DNA from: Exiguobacterium marinum DSM 16307
GTDB lineage: Bacteria; Bacillota; Bacilli; Exiguobacteriales; Exiguobacteriaceae
DNA length: 24,000 nt
Direction: 5' to 3'
Assembly: GCF_000620845.1 (NCBI RefSeq)
Contig: NZ_KK211189.1
Coordinates: 2,053,878 to 2,077,877, forward strand
This document shows positions 17,533 to 24,000 of this stretch, piece by piece. The notes below the pieces were generated by a model that saw nothing but the letters and a program-made list of their open reading frames with translations, had not been told where the DNA came from and did no database searches. Position numbers and translations under genes: made by a program. The first letter of the stretch is position 1, and each line of letters starts with the position of its first letter.

Positions 17533-19100
17533 TCCTCAGACATCCAAGTACGAAGCAGTTTAGCAAACTCTTCTGGATTACTTTCAGCTAATTTTTCTAA
17601 CTGTTTCTTCTTCACTGCCCCTTCACCTCGCTCCTCGAGGTCCAGGTCTGGAACTTCATCTTCATATGGGACTTCCCATTCGTTCGTCTCTTCCACGACT
17701 TCTTGCTTGCGTCTACGCATCGCGAAGAAGATGAGCGCAAGAAGAATGACCGCTCCGGCTGCTGTCGCATACATCCACCATGGTGTAGGTAGTTCCGTTG
17801 CCGCGATTTCTTCTACTTCGGCGAACGGTCTCGACACAACGACGACCTTCTGTTCGAGTTCGGCATCTGTGATGGCCACATCCGTCTTCGCTAATGAAGT
17901 TCGTATGATGGAATACATCATCGTTTCGAGATCACCTTCGAGTTGTGGATCGATACTCGTTGCACCATCTGGCGGCTCAACAATGAGTTGCACACCTAGG
18001 TCGCGAATCGTATACGGTGCATTTTGAATCTGTTTGGTGATGCGATTCACTTCATAATTGATGATTTCATGATTCTTTTCACTTTCTTCCGTTCCGTCCC
18101 CAGTAGCTGCCGGGAAGTTGATTGTGTCATTTTCACCGGTCCCTGTTGCTTCTGTCGCCGTCCCAGTTGCGCCTGTGTAAGCTTCTGCGATTCGTTCAGC
18201 TGAAGTCACAATACCTTCCATATTTTCTTCATCAACCGGCGTCACTAAATTCTGTTCTTCGGCTGTCTGTGTCGTATCGATATCAGCTGTGACAGAAACG
18301 AGTACGCTCCGTTCACCTAGTAAGACAGATAACATCTGTTGGATTTGTTGACGGACGTCTTTTTCGACTTGACGTTTTAGTGCCAATGGGTCAGATGAAG
18401 AGCCCCCTGCAATTACCGTTTGGTCGAGGTCGTAATACGTAAAGTATTGATCCATAATTGAAATATTTTCAGGTTTTAAGTTAGGAACACTCTTACTGAT
18501 TAAATGATAGAGGCCTTTCACTGTATTCGGTTCCAAGCTCGTTCCTGCACCGACGTTTAATACAATTGAAGCTGTCGGTTCGCCTTGATCTTCTGCTAAA
18601 AAAACAGACTTTTCAGGAAGGGAGATGATGACTTTCGCTTGATTGATACCTTCTATTTGAGTGATAAGACGCTCTAACTCCGTCTGCATTGCACTTCGTT
18701 CGATGACAGCCATTTCACGGTCTGTCGTTCCAAAACCTGCGTTTTCACTGAAGAAGCTATAGTCAATCGATCCGGATTTTGGAATCCCGGCCGCGGCAAG
18801 GCTCACTTTTAACTGATCGACCATTTCATTTGGTACATATACGCTCACACCGTTCGAAGTCGCCTTGATTTCTGACTTCACTCCGTCCGCCGTCAACTTC
18901 TCCGTCACTTCACCTGCTTCTTGTGCAGACAAGTTCGTATAGAGAGGTGACATGTTTGGTCTCGAAAGGAAGAATGTGAGTACGAAGGCCGCGATTAGAA
19001 TGACCGCAATCGAGATGCCCCATACGAGTTTTTGCTTCGTTGAAATCGCCTTCAATGAGTCGGTCATGGATTTGAATCGTTCTTTTAATTGTTCATTCAT
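17529..19100 (-). CDS. fliF: Flagellar MS-ring protein FliF
   Basis: 523 aa with an N-terminal TM (LVWGISIAVILIAAFVLTFFL), YscJ/FliF ring-building domains, a C-terminal TM (WWMYATAAGAVILLALIFFAM) and an acidic FliG-binding tail. Confidence 0.96.
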   Translation of the reverse strand: MNEQLKERFKSMTDSLKAISTKQKLVWGISIAVILIAAFVLTFFLSRPNMSPLYTNLSAQEAGEVTEKLTADGVKSEIKATSNGVSVYVPNEMVDQLKVSLAAAGIPKSGSIDYSFFSENAGFGTTDREMAVIERSAMQTELERLITQIEGINQAKVIISLPEKSVFLAEDQGEPTASIVLNVGAGTSLEPNTVKGLYHLISKSVPNLKPENISIMDQYFTYYDLDQTVIAGGSSSDPLALKRQVEKDVRQQIQQMLSVLLGERSVLVSVTADIDTTQTAEEQNLVTPVDEENMEGIVTSAERIAEAYTGATGTATEATGTGENDTINFPAATGDGTEESEKNHEIINYEVNRITKQIQNAPYTIRDLGVQLIVEPPDGATSIDPQLEGDLETMMYSIIRTSLAKTDVAITDAELEQKVVVVSRPFAEVEEIAATELPTPWWMYATAAGAVILLALIFFAMRRRKQEVVEETNEWEVPYEDEVPDLDLEERGEGAVKKKQLEKLAESNPEEFAKLLRTWMSEE

Positions 19101-19122
19101 CGCAACTTGTCATCCTCTACAA

Positions 19123-19404
19123 TTAAACTTGCATTCGCATCATTTCTTGATAGGCTTCAACAGCCTTGTTCCTCACCTCGATGGCAAGTTGCATCGCAAT
19201 CGACGACTCTTCGCTTTGGATCATCACTTGATGAAGGTCAGCTTTTCCGACGGCCAAATCTTTACGGGCCTCACTTGTCGCTTGTTGTGTCTCATTCAGC
19301 GCGTTCATCGCTTCATTCAAATACGACCCAAACTGAGATGGGTTCGTTTTGTTCATTGATGGCATGACTTCCGGGCTCATCAATTGAATCGGATTAATTT
19401 GCAT
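19123..19404 (-). CDS. fliE: Flagellar hook-basal body complex protein FliE
   Basis: 93 aa with a conserved FliE C-terminus (HQVMIQSEESSIAMQLAIEVRNKAVEAYQEMMRMQV). It sits between flgC and fliF. Confidence 0.93.
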   Translation of the reverse strand: MQINPIQLMSPEVMPSMNKTNPSQFGSYLNEAMNALNETQQATSEARKDLAVGKADLHQVMIQSEESSIAMQLAIEVRNKAVEAYQEMMRMQV

Positions 19405-19417
19405 CCCTGATCACTCC

Positions 19418-19846
19418 TTATCCTTTTCCAATCTCCATCGCTTTGACGAGCATCGCCTTCGATGCGTTCATTGCAGCAATGTTCGCTTCGTAAGAGCGAG
19501 TTGCACCCATTAGGTCGACCATCTCTTTTAACAAATCAACGTTTGGCATTTGTACGTACCCACGCTCGTCCGCATCGGGATGGCTCGGATTGTAGGCCAA
19601 CTTGAAAGGTGCATCGTCTTCGATGATTTGAGACACTTGCACCCCACCATTAACAGCATCCATTTGTTTTCGGAAAGGTGCTTCCTGCAACACAGTCATC
19701 TTTCTCGTATAAGGTTGCCACTCGCCATCTACGAGTTTCCCTCGTGTCGTTTGGGCATTGGCAATGTTGGCTGAGACGGTATCCATTCGTAAACGTTGAG
19801 ACGTTAACGCTGATGCTGAAATATGAAAACTATCAAACATTCCCAT
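19418..19846 (-). CDS. flgC: Flagellar basal-body rod protein FlgC
   Basis: 142 aa with ISASALTSQRLRMDTVSANIANAQTTR and the C-terminal MVDLMGATRSYEANIAAMNASKAMLVKAMEI. SD GGGGAGGG 9 nt upstream. Confidence 0.96.
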   Translation of the reverse strand: MGMFDSFHISASALTSQRLRMDTVSANIANAQTTRGKLVDGEWQPYTRKMTVLQEAPFRKQMDAVNGGVQVSQIIEDDAPFKLAYNPSHPDADERGYVQMPNVDLLKEMVDLMGATRSYEANIAAMNASKAMLVKAMEIGKG

Positions 19847-19849
19847 CGA

Positions 19850-20227
19850 TTAACGCCCTCCCCGAATAACTGATTTTAATCCTCCGAGCCTGCGATTTAA
19901 TTGCTCCATCGTCGCCTCGTACTGGAGTTGGTTTCGTGCCAGTTCACTCATTTCATAATCTAAGTCGACATTGTTGCCATCACTTCTCATCGCTCCACCT
20001 GCTCGATCGACTACTTTTGATTGAGTCGAGTCACTCGGTCGACCATCTTGTAGTTTGAGACGCATCTCACTTTGAAGTGTCTGCTCAAATATCGCTTGTT
20101 TCGCTTTAAAATTTGGTGTGTCAATGTTTGAAAGGTTATGACTGATAACCTTCTGATTGAGAACTGCATGATTAACGGCTTGCTTGAGTAATTGATAGTC
20201 ACTACCAATCCAATTCACGGCGTTCAC
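19850..20227 (-). CDS. flgB: Flagellar basal-body rod protein FlgB (first gene of the fla/che operon)
   Basis: Rod N-terminal motif QKVISHNLSNIDTPNFKAK and the C-terminal EMSELARNQLQYEATMEQLNRRL. The start is uncertain. The ORF is open to GTG 20275, which has no SD. GTG 20227 (VNAVNWIGSDYQLL...) gives a length and alignment close to B. subtilis FlgB but has only a weak GAAAG SD. Confidence 0.85.
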   Translation of the reverse strand: MNAVNWIGSDYQLLKQAVNHAVLNQKVISHNLSNIDTPNFKAKQAIFEQTLQSEMRLKLQDGRPSDSTQSKVVDRAGGAMRSDGNNVDLDYEMSELARNQLQYEATMEQLNRRLGGLKSVIRGGR

Positions 20228-20392
20228 TCGCTTTCGTGTGATAACTACTGAATATACCTGATTTGGAAATTCCACTATTTCATTGAAACAAATCTGTAAC
20301 AGTTCTGAAAGATATTTTTTAAAACATAGGTAAATGGCTTAATGTATTTTTGTCGAATTGCCGACAAATTCTGAAAAAAATTACTTTTGCAC
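20228..20392 (-). promoter_or_regulatory. Upstream regulatory region and leader of the fla/che operon (promoter not pinpointed)
   Basis: This is the only sizeable non-coding stretch in the window. It is AT-rich and lies between the codY terminator and flgB. It contains an inverted repeat TTTGTCG-N6-CGACAAA (20349-20368) and two TTTCAGAA-containing CodY-box-like motifs (20365-20379 and 20299-20313). I could not find a convincing sigma-A (TTGACA-N17-TATAAT) or sigma-D (TAAA-N15-GCCGATAT) match by eye. Confidence 0.4.
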
Positions 20393-20393
20393 T

Positions 20394-20431
20394 AAAAAAA
20401 ACCGCCCTCTGCCAAGAGAAAGCGGTTTTTT
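20394..20431 (-). terminator. Rho-independent terminator downstream of codY
   Basis: Minus-strand hairpin AACCGCTTTC-tcttggca-GAGGGCGGTT (10 bp including two G-U pairs) followed by a run of at least six T. On the plus strand the G-U pairs become C-A mismatches, so the structure favours the minus strand. It begins about 60 nt after the codY stop. A weaker hairpin CCCTT-tttA-AAGGG lies at 20443-20456. Confidence 0.75.
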
Positions 20432-20490
20432 AGGAATAAAGTCCCTTTTTAAAGGGTTTTCAATGTTAATTATACATCAAAAGTTGCGTT

Positions 20491-21270
20491 CTAGTTTGAT
20501 TTTAGTTTTTGTAATTCAAACAAGAAGTTGTCATTTAATATTTTAATATACGTTCCTTTCATTCCTAAAGAACGTGACTCAATAACCCCCGCACTTTCCA
20601 ATTTTCGAAGTGCGTTTACGATTACTGAGCGTGTGATTCCCACTCGGTCGGCAATTTTGGAAGCAACTAGCAGTCCTTCGTTACCACCGAGCTCCTCAAA
20701 AATATGCTCGATTGCTTCAAGTTCTGAATACGATAATGAATTGATCGCCATTTGAACGACAGCCTTCTTACGGGCTGATGTCTCTGCTTCCGCAGCTTTT
20801 TCCCGAAGGATTTCCATCCCAACAACCGTCGCGCTATATTCAGCGAGGACGAGGTCGTCTTCTGTGAATTCATTCGCCAAGCGCCCTAAGACGAGTGTAC
20901 CTAGACGCTCACCACCGCCGATGATCGGAACAATCGTCGTCATCGAGTTTAGGAAGAGATCATGGTTCTCGACAGGGAATGCCGTATATTCGCTGTCGAT
21001 ATCGATGTTCGCTGTCGTTTCCTTGACATTGAACAAGTTTGAGGCATAAGGTTCTGGGAACTGTCGGTCCACCAAGAATGCCTTCATGCGTTCATTTTCA
21101 ATTTGTTGTTTGATTGCAAAGCCGAGTAAACGTCCACGACGGCTCACGATAAACGTGTTTGATTCAAGTACTTCACGCATTTTGTCCGCCATTTCTTTAA
21201 AATCAACGTGCGCACTTGCTTCTTGTTGAAGCATCGTGTTTAATTGGCGAGTTTTGTCTAGTAAATTCAT
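20491..21270 (-). CDS. codY: GTP/BCAA-sensing global transcriptional regulator CodY
   Basis: 259 aa with an N-terminal GAF-like domain and a C-terminal winged HTH ([40 protein letters not shown]). It follows hslVU, as in the B. subtilis cod operon. Confidence 0.97.
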   Translation of the reverse strand: MNLLDKTRQLNTMLQQEASAHVDFKEMADKMREVLESNTFIVSRRGRLLGFAIKQQIENERMKAFLVDRQFPEPYASNLFNVKETTANIDIDSEYTAFPVENHDLFLNSMTTIVPIIGGGERLGTLVLGRLANEFTEDDLVLAEYSATVVGMEILREKAAEAETSARKKAVVQMAINSLSYSELEAIEHIFEELGGNEGLLVASKIADRVGITRSVIVNALRKLESAGVIESRSLGMKGTYIKILNDNFLFELQKLKSN

Positions 21271-21306
21271 AATGTCTATTTCCTCCCTGTATGTGCATAC
21301 AGAATC

Positions 21307-22677
21307 TTATAAAATATATTGACTCAAGTCTCGATCATCTGCGATCGAGCCCACTTTTTCTTGTACGTAAGCTGGTGTGATTTCCACGCTCGTTTGTGGC
21401 ATATCCGCAGCTTCAAATGATAAATCTTCCAAGACACGCTCCATGATCGTATATAGACGGCGTGCTCCGATATCATCGGTCTCGCGGTTGACATGTGTCG
21501 CAATTTTTGCGATTTCTTCAATCGCTTCATGTGTAAACTCGACCGTGATTTCTTCAGATTCTAGCAATGCTGTATATTGTTTAATCAGCGCTTGTGATGG
21601 CTCAGTCAAAATTTTGACGAAGTCTTCCTCTGTCAAACTGTTCAATTCGACGCGAATCGGGAAACGACCTTGTAATTCTGGAATCAAGTCAGATGGCTTC
21701 GCCATATGGAAAGCACCGGCTGCGATGAAGAGCACATGGTCCGTTTTGACCGGTCCGTACTTCGTGACGACCGTAGATCCTTCGACGATCGGAAGAATAT
21801 CTCGCTGTACACCTTCTCGAGAAACACCGGCGTGATCTTGTGACTTTGTTGCGATTTTATCGATTTCATCAACGAAGATGATCCCCATTTGCTCGCTTCG
21901 CTGTACCGCTTCATCGTGGACTTCGTTCAAATCAAGAAGGTTTTCTGCTTCTTCTGCTACGACAAGGGGGCGTGCCTCGCGAACTGTCAGCTTACGTTGC
22001 TTCCGTTTCTTCGGAACGATTTGTCCAAGCATATCCTGTAGATTAGACAAGCCTTCCATTCCTTGCCCTTGGAACAAGTCGACAGTCTGTTTTTCTTCAA
22101 GTTCGACTTCAATGACTCGATCTTCAAGTTCACCGAGCTCGAGCAGACGACGGAGTTGGGCCCGGTCTGTTTTAGTCGTGTCATTCGATGACTCAGGTTG
22201 TTGTGTCTGACCGCCGAACAATGCTTCAAACGGGTTTGATGCGCTCGGTGCAGCTTTCGCTTTCCCTTGAAGGGCATCTAACAATCGTTCAGTCGCCGCA
22301 CGTTCAGCAGGTTCTTTTACATCTTCTTTCTTCTCTTCTTTGACGAGACGTACAGATGCCTCCACAAGGTCACGCACCATCGATTCGACATCCCGGCCGA
22401 CGTAGCCGACTTCTGTAAATTTTGTCGCTTCTACTTTGACGAACGGAGCTCCGACTAGTTTAGCTAAACGGCGGGCAATCTCAGTTTTCCCGACCCCTGT
22501 CGGTCCGATCATCAAGATATTTTTAGGGGTGACTTCATCTCGAAGGTCTGAACTTAACTTTTGACGGCGATAACGATTGCGTAATGCAATCGCTACGGCC
22601 CGTTTGGCATTCTTTTGACCGATTACGAAGCGGTCTAATTCCGATACGATTTGTCTAGGTGTCAACTCTCGATTCAT
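21307..22677 (-). CDS. hslU: ATP-dependent protease ATPase subunit HslU (ClpY/CodX)
   Basis: 456 aa, AAA+ family, with Walker [16 protein letters not shown], Walker [11 protein letters not shown], an I-domain insertion and the C-terminal DLSQYIL. ATGA overlap with hslV. Confidence 0.97.
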   Translation of the reverse strand: MNRELTPRQIVSELDRFVIGQKNAKRAVAIALRNRYRRQKLSSDLRDEVTPKNILMIGPTGVGKTEIARRLAKLVGAPFVKVEATKFTEVGYVGRDVESMVRDLVEASVRLVKEEKKEDVKEPAERAATERLLDALQGKAKAAPSASNPFEALFGGQTQQPESSNDTTKTDRAQLRRLLELGELEDRVIEVELEEKQTVDLFQGQGMEGLSNLQDMLGQIVPKKRKQRKLTVREARPLVVAEEAENLLDLNEVHDEAVQRSEQMGIIFVDEIDKIATKSQDHAGVSREGVQRDILPIVEGSTVVTKYGPVKTDHVLFIAAGAFHMAKPSDLIPELQGRFPIRVELNSLTEEDFVKILTEPSQALIKQYTALLESEEITVEFTHEAIEEIAKIATHVNRETDDIGARRLYTIMERVLEDLSFEAADMPQTSVEITPAYVQEKVGSIADDRDLSQYIL

Positions 22678-23222
22678 TCAGCAGCGCCTCCGATCGTTTC
22701 TACAATGACTTGATCATTTGTATACACACAAAGCTCACCAGCAATTTCAAGAGCGGCTCGCGCAATTTCTTCTGCGGATTTGTCAGGAGAATGACGGACG
22801 AGCGCGCGACCTGCCGCGAGCGCATAATTTCCGCCTGACCCGATCGCGAGGATCCCATCATCCGGCTCGATGACTTCTCCATTCCCAGAGACTAATAATA
22901 GATGTTCGGCGTCCATGACAATCAATAACGCTTCAAGCTGACGTAACATTTTATCTCCGCGCCATTCTTTCGCAAGTTCGACCGCGGCACGCGGCAAGTT
23001 ACCGTTATACATTTCAAGTTTCGATTCAAACTTCTCAAACAATGTGAAAGCATCGGCTACGCTACCTGCAAAACCGGCAACGACTTTCCCGCCGTACAGG
23101 CGTCTCACTTTCTTCGCCTTGGTTTTCATGATGACGGCATTCCCAAACGTAACTTGGCCATCTCCACTCATCGCACATTGGCCATTGTGTCGAACTGCAA
23201 AAATCGTCGTTGCATGAAACAT
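22674..23222 (-). CDS. hslV: ATP-dependent protease peptidase subunit HslV (ClpQ/CodW)
   Basis: 182 aa, proteasome beta-like: [14 protein letters not shown]...GDGQVTFG...[17 protein letters not shown]...[21 protein letters not shown] 7 nt upstream of ATG 23222. Confidence 0.96.
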   Translation of the reverse strand: MFHATTIFAVRHNGQCAMSGDGQVTFGNAVIMKTKAKKVRRLYGGKVVAGFAGSVADAFTLFEKFESKLEMYNGNLPRAAVELAKEWRGDKMLRQLEALLIVMDAEHLLLVSGNGEVIEPDDGILAIGSGGNYALAAGRALVRHSPDKSAEEIARAALEIAGELCVYTNDQVIVETIGGAAE

Positions 23223-23233
23223 ATCGTAACCTC

Positions 23234-24000
23234 CTACTTTCTTGGATGTGTCGCTTGATAAATCGAACGTAGTCGTTCAGTCGATACGTGGGTATAGCGC
23301 CCGGTCGTTGACAGTGACTCATGTCCGAGCAACTCTTGCACAGCGCGCAAGTCCGCTCCACGCTCTAACAAGTCCGTTGCGAAACTATGACGTAACGAAT
23401 GCGGGGTGAGCGGCTTATGTACCCCACTCTCTTTTCTCAAACGCTTCATAACATACCGAATTTGGTCTGTTGTCATTCGATTCCCTCTTTGACTCAAAAA
23501 TAATGCATTTTCCGAAGGAGGAACGACTTCTACGCGTATTTCGATGTAATGTCGTAACGCTTCTACAGCATATTGTCCGACCGGGACATACCGTTCTTTT
23601 TTCCCTTTTCCTAACACGTGTACGAATGACAATACTTCATCAAAGGACGAGAGGTTCATCCCACAAAGCTCAGCAACACGAATCCCCGTCCCATATAGAA
23701 CTTCGAGAATGGCTACGTCTCTCGCTTTTAAAAACGGATCGTCCTGCTTTAACGCAGCCTCTAGCAGTAGCTCGACTTCAGTCGGGACAGCGAAGGTCGG
23801 TAATGACTGTCTTTTTTTCGGTGAAGTGAGATCGTGAAACAGCGGTTCTCCCCCGTACTCCCTTGCCATATACTTCCCGAATTGTTTGAGGCAAGACACT
23901 TTTTGGGACACCGTGGACGCGGCCAACTGTTTCTCGTAAAGGACATATAAATAACGCCGCGCCGTCTGTGCATCATAAGGGTCTTGATGCGCTGATTGGC
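23234..24000 (-). CDS. xerC: Tyrosine recombinase XerC (CodV homolog); 5' end outside the window
   Basis: Catalytic domain with [20 protein letters not shown] (Arg), [12 protein letters not shown] (HxxR) and [16 protein letters not shown] (His/Tyr). The ORF track begins at an internal TTG (23926), but the frame stays open to 24000 (...[21 protein letters not shown]...). It lies upstream of hslVU-codY, as codV does. Confidence 0.9.
   Translation of the reverse strand, partial: QSAHQDPYDAQTARRYLYVLYEKQLAASTVSQKVSCLKQFGKYMAREYGGEPLFHDLTSPKKRQSLPTFAVPTEVELLLEAALKQDDPFLKARDVAILEVLYGTGIRVAELCGMNLSSFDEVLSFVHVLGKGKKERYVPVGQYAVEALRHYIEIRVEVVPPSENALFLSQRGNRMTTDQIRYVMKRLRKESGVHKPLTPHSLRHSFATDLLERGADLRAVQELLGHESLSTTGRYTHVSTERLRSIYQATHPRK

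Noticed and set aside
18280-18287. Sigma-D -10-like octamer GCTGATAT (minus strand) inside fliF, plus several xCGATAT matches elsewhere (for example near 2145, 2200, 8415 and 12012)
   Set aside because: None has a TAAA -35 element at the required spacing of about 15 nt. All are inside coding sequence and are consistent with chance occurrence.
20228-20392. Possible c-di-GMP riboswitch or invertible 'flagellar switch' in the flgB leader, as in Clostridioides difficile
   Set aside because: The leader is short and AT-rich. It lacks GEMM-like conserved helices that I can recognise, and it has no long flanking inverted repeats. The only inverted repeat is 7 bp with a 6-nt spacer, and the TTTCAGAA copies are direct repeats.
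20358-20546. 62-aa plus-strand ORF in the codY-flgB gap
   Set aside because: It reads through the codY terminator hairpin and into the antisense strand of the codY 3' end. It has no SD and a low-complexity product, so it is very unlikely to be expressed.
23234-24000. Tyrosine recombinase as a possible integrase marking a mobile element or island boundary
   Set aside because: The sequence and context match housekeeping XerC/CodV, which sits directly upstream of hslV-hslU-codY as in B. subtilis. No att-like repeats, phage genes or compositional break are visible inside the window.

Overview
Every gene in the window is on the minus strand, and the layout matches the Bacillales (Bacillus subtilis-type) cod operon followed by the fla/che flagellar/chemotaxis operon. 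Reading the minus strand from 24000 down to 1, the order is: xerC/codV (5' end outside the window), hslV (clpQ/codW), hslU (clpY/codX) and codY. A rho-independent terminator follows, then an AT-rich regulatory gap of about 165-215 bp. After the gap come flgB, flgC, fliE, fliF, fliG, fliH, fliI, fliJ, ylxF, fliK, flgD, flgE, flbD/swrD, fliL, fliM, fliY, cheY, fliO(fliZ), fliP, fliQ, fliR, flhB, flhA, flhF, flhG and the 5' part of cheA. cheA is missing from the ORF track because it has no stop codon inside the window; I translated it by hand. Coding density is close to 100%, with many 4-nt stop/start overlaps. I see no rRNA, tRNA, CRISPR array, transposon, prophage or other accessory island. All long plus-strand ORFs are antisense shadows of the real genes. 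Several ORF-track starts are longest-ORF artefacts using GTG/TTG codons, and I moved them to starts with a Shine-Dalgarno (SD) sequence. The taxon is probably a mid-GC member of the Bacillales, possibly Exiguobacterium-like, but I cannot verify this without a search. I found no evidence of a novel or undescribed system: this is a conserved core motility locus. The findings are small deviations from the B. subtilis reference. They are: cheB absent between flhG and cheA, candidate operator motifs upstream of flgB, an HslV N-terminus with no Ser, a Pro/Thr-rich insertion in FlgE, and minor structural notes. All are scored low.
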